Assembly: GCA_965153455.1 (NCBI GenBank)
Contig: OZ234494.1
Span: 4,464,001-4,528,000 of the forward strand
Direction: 5' to 3'
From: Sphagnum compactum
Lineage: Eukaryota
DNA length: 64,000 nucleotides
Shown here: piece by piece, positions 14,463 to 28,149 of the stretch
Layout of the letters: every line of letters begins with the position of its first letter
Numbering within the stretch: the first letter of the stretch is position 1
Position numbers and translations under genes: made by a program
The notes under the pieces: generated by a model
The model's input: only the letters and a program-made list of their open reading frames with translations
Told to the model about the DNA's origin: nothing
Databases searched by the model: none

Positions 14463-15922
14463 CTATCATTAGCACCACCTCATAGGCAAAACATTAAAAC
14501 GTTGGTACATTAATACACTAATGTTCAATGACATGCTATGGATTGATGCTTCAAGTACATAGTTCAATGATATTAAAACAATTTGTAGCTACTATTTCAA
14601 TTTTAACCTCCCCAATTTTACAGTGTCTAACATTAATCATATTTATCAATTTTCATAACCTTATCACAAGTTTTGTTTAAATGAATTTTATTCCAAAGGT
14701 GATGAACTTGGATATTCTCACATGGATTAAAGCTAACAATATTTTTTAAAAGCTTGAATCCTTTTGAGAAATTTGTTTGCATCCAACAAAGTTTAAAATA
14801 TTGAATCATTTAAGGAATTAATTTGCTAATACATTAGAACAACAAATAGATACATTCTTATAATGATACATTCACACATTAGATGATTAACACATTAATA
14901 CATAAACACATTAGCACATTGATACACTAATACATATACAATCATACAATCATGCATTCATATAATAACAGAGTCATAGACAAACACACCTCCATATCCA
15001 CTAACACACTAAAATAATGACACACTAGCACAATTATACATTATTATTATAATACATTCATATATTAACTTAATGAAAGACAAACACATTATTACATTGA
15101 CAAATTAATCTAATGACACATTAATACAATGATCCATTGTTACATTCATACATTAACATGGACTAACACATTGACACACACTCAATAACCTAGTGATAAA
15201 CAAACACTATTACATTTACACACTAATACACTATCACACTAATACACTATCACACTAATACATTGACAAATTGATTCATGACTACAAACTTTGATTAAAA
15301 TGAAACACCATTCTTCATAACATTACAATACAATGGACTAATAATTCACAAAAATCATATACATGCACTTTACCACCCAACCATGAGCACTAAAATGGGG
15401 TTTAGTAGAAGTCTTTAGTTCATAAAAACTCCAAAAGTTATCTAATCTATCTTATATCCCCATTTGGGCTCCTCCCGTGCACAAAAGTTGGCCTCCCTAC
15501 TACTTATTTATGATACACCCAATCTTCTTGCCATTTGGAGGCCACCTCACATACATTATGAGGGCCTTGTGAATTCTGCACACCTATAGTCACATCCAAC
15601 AAAGTACAATCATTATCGGGGTTTGTATGTGTGGCAACCCATGCTCTATATGGTGGCAAATAGCCACGACTTGTGTCCTTAACTTCAAGCTCCTCCATAA
15701 GCTTCATGATGGTCTATTTTTGATACTCTGAAGGATCAAATGGTGCACTCCAAGACTCGCTCAAGATCTGCACCAACACATAAGGTGATAAATTATACAT
15801 CCAATGGTATAATGTTACATTGTTTTTTGAAACACATTACATTGACTATTAATATATATTGACATTTTAATTATTATGTTTTGAATGTATTACAAAATTA
15901 ACATTAATGTTTAAAACATTCC

Positions 15923-16146
15923 AAATTCACATGAAATTAGTTGTTTCATGGGTTCATGTTTTTTGCACATGGATTCTGTGCCTCTAAAACACGTATGATG
16001 CATGTATAAATAGGCTAGAATATTTTCATGTGGATGAAAATATTTCATTATGTTTATATGTGCATCACATGTGTTTTAAAAGCATGAAATCCATGTGCAG
16101 AAAACACGAACTCATGAAATAACTAATTTCACACAATTTCCATTAT
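15923..16146. mobile_element. Palindromic (fold-back) MITE-like element in an intron of the Ulp1-like gene
   Basis: Arms 'tgaaattagttgtttcatgggttcatgttttttgcacatggatt' and 'aatccatgtgcagaaaacacgaactcatgaaataactaatttca' are near reverse complements, centred at ~16031. It ends in 'atttccatta', like the element at 54417. Confidence 0.75.
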
Positions 16147-18632
16147 CAAATCATGAGAAGGTATGTTTGTGATGTTGGCAAAAGTTATGTGAAGTAACAT
16201 ATCCACACTCTCAACTCCCAACCTGTGTAAAGATGGGGACATTCAACACTGGCTTTTCAACCAGTTCATTAAATGTAAGATCACTAAGATGTACACCTCG
16301 TAACAACAATAAGGCCCCACGGATCCACCAAATAAAAATGTCATGTGTTGAATAGTCATGTACTTCAATCTTGAAGTCAAAATGAAAGGTGTGGGAAGGT
16401 TTCAACACAAGCAAACTCCAATGTGCTTCACCATGATAAGGTATTACCACAATGTCATATATAGTCTCACCTCCACCCAATGATAGGTGAGACTTGGCCC
16501 ATCTTATGATGCCCTTGAACTCTATAACTCTAGTACCACCCCCGTACCAAAACATAATTTCTTCAAAGATGGGGTGATCAAAACATTTGCCACAAATATT
16601 GCCTTTCAAATGTTTCGAAGGCTACTGAAATAGTGGCTAAAATTCAGGAAATCCATCGTGGAACCCCCTAACCAAGCTTGAAGTTTTCAAAACTTGGCAA
16701 ATTCTAAATTTGCAATGCTTAGCTCAAAATGTGGTTGTCTTCTAAGAAAAACAACATTGGGATTTGTTGCCAGTCTCTGACGAACATCTAAAGCATAAAA
16801 TATCAACATAAAACCATTGTTGATACATTAATACACATGATTAAAGTCAAAATGCACATGAAAAGAAAATATTGAATGTGTTTTGAGGGAAGAAATTGTA
16901 CTTGATGGATTGAATCATTTTCGATATTCTGCATTTTCCAAGGAAAATAAAATTAATAATAACTAAAGATGATACATTCACATGCCTCATAGATATTATC
17001 TAATACATTAACTCACTCAACATATCATCTGATACACTGAGGTTGAAACATTAAGAAGACAATATGATTGAAAAGTAATTTATGCTTATGAAAAATGGCA
17101 AAGGTCAATAAGTCACTGGGATCAAATTCCTTTGCTAGGTTCCATGATTGTAAGTCAATCAAAGGTGTTTGATCTTGGCCCAACTATGTACCACTTTTTC
17201 TATGCTTAGAAATTAGCAGGTTTGACCCTAGGTGAACAACCATAGTACTATCATCCGAAGGCATTGGAATTTGAAACCCAAATGCTTTCTCAAATGCATT
17301 ATGTCGTTCTTTCTCGTCTTTAATATCCACCCTAAATCACATTTCTTCAATAGCTCCAAGGATGTTATTATGCAACATCTCAACATCTGGAAAATGGTTG
17401 GGCGACCTATAAAATCACAAACCATTGTTAATATTTTTGAAGACCATAAATGGAGTGTATCAAACAATTTTCTTTACATATGCACATTGGAAAAGACTCA
17501 CCAATAGCTAGGGGGACCCATTGGATGTCCAACACTTCACAACGATGTAAGAACTGATAAAAGGCATTGTCCTTGTGTTCCTCCCATCTATCAATGGCTT
17601 GAGTCTGCTATAAACCATAGAAAATATTCAGATCAAACAAGGCCACATCCTTCAAGGCATGCACTTGATAGGTTAATAACCAACTATAAATCTCATTCTT
17701 TATGTCTTCTCCTTTCCCATTCACAAGATCAGATAATTGTGTTGTAGGTGATGGATATTTTGATTGATAATGGATTGCCCAAAAACATATCAACCTTCCT
17801 TTTGAAAGGCATCTAAGGTAATTTTTAATCGTCATGGATGCATGGACAAACAATTCTAATACATCAATACATCGCCACATTAACATATTACAACATTAAT
17901 CCATTGTAACACTACAACATTCACACAATGCAACACTAAAACATTGACACACTATAACATTAAAACATTAACATAGTAAAACATTGTTACATTGAAACAT
18001 TAACTACCTAATACACTAATACATTGACACAATGATACACTTAAGCATTGACACAATGATACATTTAAATATTGTCACATTGAAATAATAACTACTTGAT
18101 ACATGGAAACATTAAAACATTAATTACCTTATACATTTAAACATTAACCAACTGATACATTGAAACATTGATAACATCAATTACTTGATAATTGATCATT
18201 GACACGGTGATACACTGAAACATTGACACAATGATACATTGATAGTAAAAGGTGTAACATCTAGTTACCTGCACGGGGCGGAGATTACATCCATTTTTGT
18301 AGATTTTCCTCCTTCAAACCACCAAAGGGGCAGGAGACTTTTTCCCCTCCCACAATGAAAAAAAATATAGAACTTCAATAATTGCATAAGCATAGGTGGT
18401 GGGATTTTTGGAGTTTGAAGCCCAACCAGTAATTGTTATACGATTAGTGCCTCCGCAACTACACAAGCAAGATAACATGGTTAGTATTAGGGGATGGAAT
18501 TAATATTTAACCAAACTTATGCAAACATAAATAATTTACTTACAGTCATGGCACCAAGGGAGCTCTAGCATCTTCTTCAATATGTGTTGATTAAATGCAA
18601 GTATTTGCCATATTGGAGTCCAGTCCCTAGAT

Positions 18633-21600
18633 CACTAGTAGAAATCAGCCAAAATGTAACCATTCCATTTACGACTACATGCGACTTGTAATCGTTTGCG
18701 ACTAGATTTGGGAATACTTGCAACTATAAGACCAAATTTCAACTATTTTGGTCATTCTCACAATTTTGATGCAACTATTAGAAATTTCATCCTATTGGTT
18801 GGATTGATATTTCCCATTAGTCGCAATAGTCATCAAATTAGTTATCTCCTAAAAGTATTCTTTAATGACATAGGGGTGTATTTTAGTGTATGTACTAAAA
18901 TTATATATAAATCTAAAATATGCATACATATGTATATTGTTCATATAATGAATCTCAAAATTAATATTTGAACTTTGAATTTTTTATTCAAATCTGAAAA
19001 TTATTATTTCAGTTGTTTAAAACATTATTTGAATTTCAAATTTTAGATTTTAATATGATATATTCAATTTAAATTCAAAAAAGGCCTATTTGATTTAAAA
19101 GTTGATATTTGAAATTTAAATTAATATTTTGGAATCCAAAAATTAGTATTTTAGATCAAAAAATTATTAATTGATTATAAAATGGAAATTTTAATTTTGA
19201 ATACTTTTATATGAATATGAAAATGTATATTTCAACTCTAAAAAATTTTCATTTAAATTTTAAATAATCATTTGATTTGAACCTGAAATTTCAATTTAGA
19301 ATTATTATTTTGGATTCTCAAAATTAGTACTTCCACTCTAAAAATTATTAATTCAGTCTAAAAATGGACATTTCAATTTTGAATATTTTTATTTGAATCT
19401 GAAAATCGACATTTCAATTCTGGAAATTGTTATTTAAATTCAAAAAAGTTATTTAATCTTAAAATTGATATTTGAATTCTAAATTATTATTTTCAAATCT
19501 AAAATAGTATTTCACTTCAAAAAACATTATTGAGTCTAAAAGTCGACATTTTGATTTTAAATTTTTTAAATTTGAACTTGCAATTTGATACTTGAATTCT
19601 GAAGTTTTAAATTTAAATTTTAAGAAATTATTTGACACTAAAGTCAAAATTTGAATTCCAAATTATTATTTTTGATTCTCGAAATTAATATTTCAATTCA
19701 GAAAATTATTAATTAAGTCTGAAAATTGACATTTCAATTCTGAAATTTGTTATTTAACTTCAAAATTTTATTTGATCTAAAAATTGATATTCGAATTCTG
19801 AATTACTATTTTGGAATCGTAAATTTATATTTTAATTCAAAAATTTATTGATTCATTTTAAGGGTTTTTTTTACTAGTGTTATCCATAATAGATTATTTT
19901 TATAAATAATTATGTCTATTAAATCTAAGTTACACTAAATAATTATTGTTATAACATAAATTTGCATATTATCTGAATTATATTCTTATATTAGAAAAAA
20001 TTTAATTAATGTAATTAATGTGACATTACTTTAAATTCATTGCAATTACTTTAGATAAGAATTAATTAGTATGTGCATAATTATGTTCTAATTAAACATA
20101 ATTATTCTCACATTGGATTTTATAACTTCAAACCTGAATCAAAAATTTGGAAAAATTATAGTGTAGTTAAAATAATTATTTTACTGATTTTAATTTCACA
20201 AATTATTATATAATAATCATATTATTAAAAATTCTGTGATTAATCATCTATGATAAATATTTTATAGTAATTTTACAGTAATTATTAAAATTAATGTTAT
20301 GTTTAACAAAATATTGTATTTATAGTTAATAATTACCAAGAATTTTTTTTTTGACCTATAATAATTTTACAACAATAAATGTAATTATATAATAATTTTA
20401 GTTGGATAATAATTTTAAAAAAAATCGTGTAAGAATTTACTTTCTAATAGCAATTATTAATTCATTATCCATAATTTTAACATAAATATTTAAAATAGTT
20501 AATTTTTAAATTATTTTATTAAATTAGTTTTACATTAATTATATTATATATAATTTGATCTGATTCTAAAAAATAATAGAATATTTTAAAATAAATTAGT
20601 TATCTAATTATTTATGAGTTATGTATTAACTTGTGAGTAACTAGATAGCTAGTTTGTTAAATATTAAGAAGTTATTGCTTATTTAAATAATTGATAACGA
20701 ATATTGAATATTTGTGGTGTATAATTTATAACTTAAATATATGTAAATTTAATTATTATTAATTAAATGATTATCTAATTATCTAGTACTTGAATTGTTT
20801 AGAAATCCAAAAAGTAAAAAAGTAAAGCATGAAGAAAGTTCTGGAATTAGAACCTAGTTTGTGAGGAAGTTGCAACTTCAAAACTTATCCCATATTGTTT
20901 GTTCTTCATTCCTATTTTGAACACTATATAAACAAGGGGGTATGGTCATCCAATTTCACATTAAGAAATTTGTGCACATGGGATGAGCTAATCAAAAGGC
21001 TCAACCCAAAATAAAAAAACAAATTATGCACATTTCTAAAGTACTTATCTACCTAGTTAGGTAGGTACCTAGTTTGACCTACCCACCTAGGTCGACCTAT
21101 GTACCTACCTACCTAAGTACTTACCTATATGAGTAGGTATTTAACCTAGGAAGGTAGAACCTACCTACCTATTTTTTTACCTAAGTAGGTAGGTTGGTAT
21201 GTAGCCTAGGTTTGTAGGCACCTATTTATGTACCTACCTAGGTACCTACCAACCTAATATTATTATTTTAATGCCACGTGGCATACTTACATTGGGCCAC
21301 GTGTCATAATATAATATCATCCAAGTATTATTTCATAATAGTTATAATAATAATAATAATAATTTATATAATCAAATATTAAGACACGTGGCAACACATC
21401 ATTTGCCCTCAATTGTGACCAAAATAGTTGCATCTTAGTCGCATGTGACAATACGTATACAATGGAGTCAAAGGATGAAATGTATTTGTTGACTTTTTCT
21501 TTTATACAATACCCTTCGTCATTTGTGACTAATTTATCACATGCAACTTGTCTTAGGCGACTAAAGGGATTTTAGTTGCAAAATGTCTCTTGCGACTAAA

Positions 21601-21646
21601 ATTTAGTCGCAAAGACTAGTAAAAAATACATGTTTTTCTTTTAATG
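18633..21646. mobile_element. Non-autonomous CACTA (En/Spm)-like element
   Basis: Left end CACTAGTAGAAA; degenerate right end TTTTCTTTTAATG; 3-bp flanking duplication GAT/GAT. Sub-terminal GCGACT/AGTCGC repeats at both ends. The interior is AT-rich and non-coding with a (TAGG/CCTA)n tract. It splits a coding-like block of the Ulp1-bearing gene. Confidence 0.75.
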
Positions 21647-24600
21647 GATGCCTCCTCGATGAGTTGACCATTTTTTTTTCCCCATCAAATTATTGTGATA
21701 TGCAAAGTTTCAAAGTGCATTAGAACCACCTCCATATCCCACCTTGAATGTTGTCAATGCACGTCAATATGAAACATAAGACATCAACATCTTGACTTTG
21801 GCAAATTGGGTTGCATCTCGTTGATCTCAAGCTAAGTTGTGTAAAACATTATTGATAAGGCCACGCACAAATTCAGAAGAATTTTAGAATTATCCCACAA
21901 CATCCACATTGCAAGGAAAAACACACAAATAAATCAAAAAATACTTCACAATTCATGATACACATTGTGGGGCTCATACAATAATACATACAATGTACAT
22001 AATTCACTAATACATATAACTATCTTGATACCTTAATACATACATGTAACCTGATATACTAATATCAACATTTAACATAATACATTGATATAATATATTA
22101 ATGTATGATATAAATAAAGTTACAAGTAATAAAACATTAAAATGAAGTTATTCATACCACCCCAATGCAATATCAATGGCCAACTGTAGCTTGAAAGGTT
22201 GTTGTGAATGTATCAGTGGCTACAAAATGTTGATAGGTGTTAGCAAATTCGGATGGATTTTGGATTTTCCATTCCCAATTGACAAGCCCCATCCCACCTT
22301 CTAAGACATATTATAAGCCAGGTGTAGGATGTGCTTGTGGTTTGATTGGTCTTGGCATATTTTTCTCAAGTTCAGTAGCTTTGATTATGGCTATGTGGAG
22401 CACATCCTATCATTCTTCAACCAGCTTTAACTTCCTTTTGTCCTTGTCTAGAACCTTCTTTGCATTTGATGGAATTCCCTTGGGCAAACTCTTTTTTTTT
22501 TTGTTGGCAAGGGTTGTGCAAGTTGGGGCCAATGAAAAAGGCCACAATCTATCCCACCTATTGGCTGAAGGGAAGCCATGAGAGGTGTGGGTGTTGATAA
22601 TGAAAGAAGGAGAACTACATCTTTTGCAAATGTGACAAATTTTGTTTGCATTCCAATCACAATTGGAGGTGGGGGAGGTGGAATAGGGTTTGAAGATGCA
22701 GGAGGAGGTGGAATAGGAGCTAAACATGGAGGAGGAAATGCGGATGGGGGAGGAGGTGGGGAAGGAGGAGGTGAAGATGGAGGGGGGAAAGACATGAAGA
22801 TGGGATGGTTCAAATGACCCTTCCCTCCAGCTTTAGAACATGTGAAGATACAAGGGGCACCATAGGGTGTGCTTCATACCCTTGGGTTTTTCAATTGAAG
22901 CATCAGATTTGGCACCCTCCACAATGTAGAAAAATTGAATTGTTTTTTATTATCAATAAAAGAATGGTTTGAAATACATTTTACTTAATACATTACATAG
23001 ATTCTAAAACATTGATACATTGAAAGTTACATTAGTTTGATACATTCATACGTAGTTTTATGCAACTAAAACAATATAATGATATGTAGTGAACATTTCA
23101 CACCTTTGAAAATTTTAAAAACTTTTGCAAGTTTTTTTTTTTTGTAAACTTCACACTATTGTCATCCAAGTCTATCTCTTCTTCAATTGATGGTTCCTGT
23201 ATTGATACATACAATTTGATGCATAGTTACATATCAATTGATGTGTCCCACCTAATGCATAAAATTGTATACATTGATATACATGTCTATTACATTGATA
23301 CATATATAATTTATAATATTTAAAACTATGATAGTACAAAGTGAGGTTGATTTCACACCTTTGTAGGTTTTGTGTGCTTTTTCATAATTCTTTGTTTTGT
23401 GACTTGCACCTTAAAGTTTGTCTCCTTTTCACTTGTTGACTCCTACATTGATAAACATGTAGTTTGTTATAGTTGAAACAATAATAAAACAAAGTAAGGG
23501 AGATCTCACACCTTTTCTTTACTTGATGATTCATGTAATTTCTTTGCCAAGCTCCTATGGTTTTGAGCTCTCTTGGATCCTTTCTTTTTCCAAAGGCTTC
23601 TTTAAACATGAAATGTTTTTAGCTACAACCTGCAGCTTTTTTTTTCCTTGGCTAGACTCAAACATAGGACAAGGTTTCAATGCAAGCTTGTTACCTTGTT
23701 CATCCAAGGCCTAATTGTAGCCTTGGATAGCTCAATGATGATTGAGCTAGATCTTGTTGGAAAACAATGCATGGCGATAACAACACTCAAAAATGTTTCT
23801 TGTAGCGTTAGGTAGTTTTTTCTTATTGGCATTACATTCTTATATCAATTGCTGGACTTATGTCCAACCTTCATATGTAACCTCAATTGCCTTCCCATCA
23901 ATCTTAATTGAAAGGGTGATTGATTCAATATTTGACATCTTTGTAAAACCCGAAAAAAGATCAACAAAAGTTATCAAATCTCTACATTGTCAAATTGTTA
24001 CATAATGCACTAATACACTATTACATTGTGTATAACATTAATACACTAATAGATTATGTATATTGATACATTGATACACTAATACAATATGTAACACAAC
24101 CAAATATTAGACATCTAAGCACTAAGGTGATACATTGAAACACATAAATTTGATAACAACATTATGGAAATAGAAACCAACTTGTGTACAACATATAAGT
24201 GGATGTAGATGAAATATTATGTAAACACAACAAATGACACTAGAAAAACTTACAATTAAAGTAGTAACACATTGCACAAATCATGCCTTCAAACAAAAAT
24301 ATAATTAACATTGATAGATGATGAAAATATAATGAAAGATGACGCCAAAGTGATCTTCTATAAAATGTTCCTTTCAAGGAACCACGGTTCACTACAATAT
24401 GATTGAATGGGCAATTCAAATATCAAATGCCTTATATGAAGGTACAACAGTGTGAGCATGTGTTGCCACATCAAATTTACAAAGTTACATTATGGCATCA
24501 ATCATAGTGCACTAAAAAGTCTAAACACGTACCTCCTCCTTAGCAAAGATGCACTTGGGGATAAATTTCAAGGTGCTTTGGATCAATGATCAATTCTACG

Positions 24601-24715
24601 AAAAATATTCTAGCTTCAGTGTCCTTTAGCATTCCCTTCAAAACGAAAAATACAACATAAACCTTATTTCAATTGTATGATGATTTCAATGCCAAACCGA
24701 AATGAACACAAGAAG

Positions 24716-25448
24716 TGACGCGTTTCGAAGCTCCTTGATAGACTCAAACGTGAGTCTGGTTTGAAACAGCGAAAGAATAGGGAGTTGGAGCACGTTCCCT
24801 GACTCGCAGCACTTTTGGGGGGGGGGGGGCGTGCTGGAGCTCCGGGATGGGACTAGAGAGAATGACAATCAATCATTCACACGGACCTGCACAAACTAAA
24901 CACAAGTTGGTTAGTGCAAAATTGGAGCACTTTTGGACTCCCGCAATTTTAGGGACCCATAACTTTGCGTTCAGACCTCCGATTGAGATGAGGTCTGAAG
25001 TAAAGTTGTAGCCCTCGTTGAGAGATTTCCAACGATATGTTGCACACTACCTGCATGCAAGGAATCCGGGTCGATTCCCAACTTTCAGTGGTCAGAAGTC
25101 AAATTGGCAATTTGACTCCTGACCCTTCTTTTGACCATAACTTGTGTTAGAAGTGTCCAAATGGGTCATGCGAGCCCATTTTAGACATCTACATTCCAAG
25201 AACTTTCCAATGATATAAGGAGCTCCTTAATCCATTGGGTTTTGACCCCTGCAATTGATCTTTGAAGATTTGAGAGTCCACCGGGACTCCAACTTCCAAA
25301 GTGGGAGTTCCCTTGGGAGTGAGAGGGGTCATTCCCTTACACTTTCCTACACTCTCGGGAGTACAAGATGTGACTCTTGGGCCTCCTCTTGGCCCGCACC
25401 CTTGCAAGCCTTCGCTTTGGCCGCGAGCCCAAGGCTAGGGTTGCGACA
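24716..25448. mobile_element. Solo LTR (TG...CA), internally deleted copy, 733 bp
   Basis: Starts TGACGCG, ends GGGTTGCGACA, perfect 5-bp TSD AGAAG; homologous to 48953-49824. Confidence 0.85.
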
Positions 25449-28149
25449 AGAAGAATGTGCATTGACATAACAAAATAACATAATTGTCATCTTCATCACA
25501 AATAGTAAAGATTAGAATCAATCCAAAAAACTAACAAAACTTACTTCAGAACATGGTCTCAAATATTGCACTAGACAATATCCCAATCTACCATTAGTCC
25601 ATGTTTCAATCACAACCATATCTCAATTTAACAAGAAGTTTCTAGTCAAAGGTTCACAAAGGGGTGAAGTTGCACATGTCGACCTATCACATAAGTTCTG
25701 CATAAACAAGGAGGGTGTAAGAACTTTCATATTTGTGAATGTAATTGATGGAACCATCAATGGAGTCAAGTCCATATTGCAACATAGACCCTATCTCTGA
25801 TTAGTCATATCTTCCTTAGGATACAATGCAAGTTACAATATGCCCAAGCATAAAATGATCACCACTTAATATAATGTCAATGTAATTTTTTAACGTAAAA
25901 TTTATCCAAAAAAATGATTATGAATTCTTTGTGTGATTTTCTCTTTCTCAAAGAAAAAACCAATGGTTTAAGGTTAGGTATATGAACCTTTGATTGATGG
26001 TTTTCAAAAATCAAAGAATTGAGTCTAACCCTTGACCAATGGTTTAAAAAATCAAAGAACTAGTAAATTAACTTTTAATTGCATTCCCTAAAAATAAATT
26101 AGTCAAATAAACTACCCTAAGTAATCAATTTTCAAATTTCAAGATACTGATCCAATTTGACAGGCTTTTGATTTAACTTTTGGCAGATCCTAGGTACCCA
26201 ACACTGGTAGTACTATGATCCCACTAGTGTAGATAATCTAATATCTACACTAGGAAACCACTAGAAAATAACCTAGACCACAACTTGTGTACATGATTAT
26301 GTGTTTCACTAGTCATATTACCCAAATTGGACTAACAACAAAGTCCACGCAATGGGATACAATAGCTGCCTACTTTCTTCTTGAGAAAAAAATACATCAT
26401 AATAATTAAAATTACCTTTACCAGTGCTATTCTCAGCTTTTTTTTGCAAGCTTTCAACACAAGTAATAGTCGCATTACAATTTGCCAGTGTTGCATCCTC
26501 CTCTATTACATTGTCCTGAATAGCTTGGTATGATCTTGTAATTTTTTCCAACATACCTCTTTCAAATACCTTGCCATAAGAACACGACACAAAGAGATGA
26601 TCAACATCAACAAGGATATGTGAGATGTTCAACACTGCAATTCCTTCAACTTCTGACTTGCTACATAATGCTTGACTATCTAGCACCACCTCTATCAACC
26701 TGTATTTTCATCATGACAAGGAATTTTTCAATTATTCCTATCTAGATTGTTTTCATCACCTTTGTTATTGATTGGTTGTGTTGTGTGAACCATGTGTGAG
26801 GTGCAAGCTAAAGGCGTTGACTTGCTTGTGTTGCATGAGGTAAAAATTCTATCATTACCTTGCCTTTTGGATTCGAATTATCTTCATCATTGTTGTCTTT
26901 GGCTTGTTTTTGAGTTATGTGAAGCATCGACTTGCTACAAGGTTTCATGTGTTGTTTGTGAAGTTGAAACTCCATCGCTGCCTTGCCTTTCTAAGTCCAA
27001 ATCATATTCATCAACTTTGTTATTAAGTTGTTCTTATGTTATGTGAACCGTGTGTGAGGTGCAAGTTGAACATCAACTTTTTGTTGTGATATGGGAGTTG
27101 TGTGTGAAATGGGAGCTCTATCATCACACCTTTTGAATTGGAATTGCTTCATTATTTTTGCCACCATGAACTTGTTCCTCGGTTTTGGTATGGTCGGGTG
27201 GACCAAAACCCAACAAAAAAAAACTTGGCCCAAAGTCCATTTTGTAAGCTTTGTACTGTGCACAATGTTGACATAGGATGATGATAGGATGATATTTTTC
27301 CATTCCTAACAAAAAAATTTCATATGTGATTTGTGCATTGTAGAGGCTAGTGATGCATATAAGCCTACAAAATTTAAACTCAAAACACATTTGTTTTTAT
27401 GTTATGGACTTTTTAAAATAGAGTGTGTTTTTTCAACATTCAAAACGCCATAGTGTAATACCTTCAATTCATATGATGCAAAACTATTTTGCATTGTTTT
27501 TATTATACATTTCCACCTTGAAACCAATTCCCTAAAAAAGTTCTAGATCCATCATTGAAGCAAATTAAAGTCCAAATCCTAATTACAGTTGGCATTACAC
27601 CCTAATTTTTCAAAAGTCCATAACTCTTGGGATTTTATGTTCTTTGCATTACAAAAAATTGCACCATGTAAATATTAAAGTCTATTATTTGAAAATGAGT
27701 CCTTACTAACCAAACCCAACATATGTAATAAGACATAATACTTACAATCACACCCAATGCAAAACAAAGTACCCCCATGACACCAAAATTGGTCCACCTT
27801 ACCATGCCAACACCCGCTTATGTTGCATGTGCCATCTATGAGGTGCAAACTTTGTTGTTTCCCCTCTACAATCACAACATCTTGATCACCTTTGTCATTG
27901 GTACATCTATGAGCTACATCTTGCCCTTTTCAACCCCAGATGTATTTTTTCTTTGAAGTTGTTTTAAATTTGCTACACCTATCTTTAATGGACAACTCAT
28001 AGCTTATAAATGTTGTTATAGTGATCATGTCTTTCATTTTCATAATCAAGCTCCTTTAGGAGATATTCCTTCAAGATATATTCATTAAAAAAAGTAGTTG
28101 TGTTTTTTTTTAAGAGGGTTCCCTAAGAAACTTCTAAAGCATATGTTTT

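Larger units (their letters stand above)
15370..24700 (-). pseudogene. Large multi-exon MULE accessory gene containing a Ulp1/peptidase C48-like domain, degraded and interrupted by insertions
   Basis: 16150-16610 (-) reads VVIPYHGEAHWSLLVL..FHFD...TQVGS*ECGY, i.e. the His/Asp/Gln-Cys arrangement of Ulp1 proteases. Further coding-like minus-strand blocks at 15370-15780, 17090-17820, 18270-18630 joined to 21647-21870, 22160-22900 (Pro-rich) and 23360-23950, separated by 'acattgatac'-rich introns. The 5' limit is uncertain. Confidence 0.65.

Noticed and set aside
22237-22817. Gly-rich (+) and overlapping ORFs
   Set aside because: Antisense shadows of the Pro-rich block in the minus-strand TE gene; no independent evidence.
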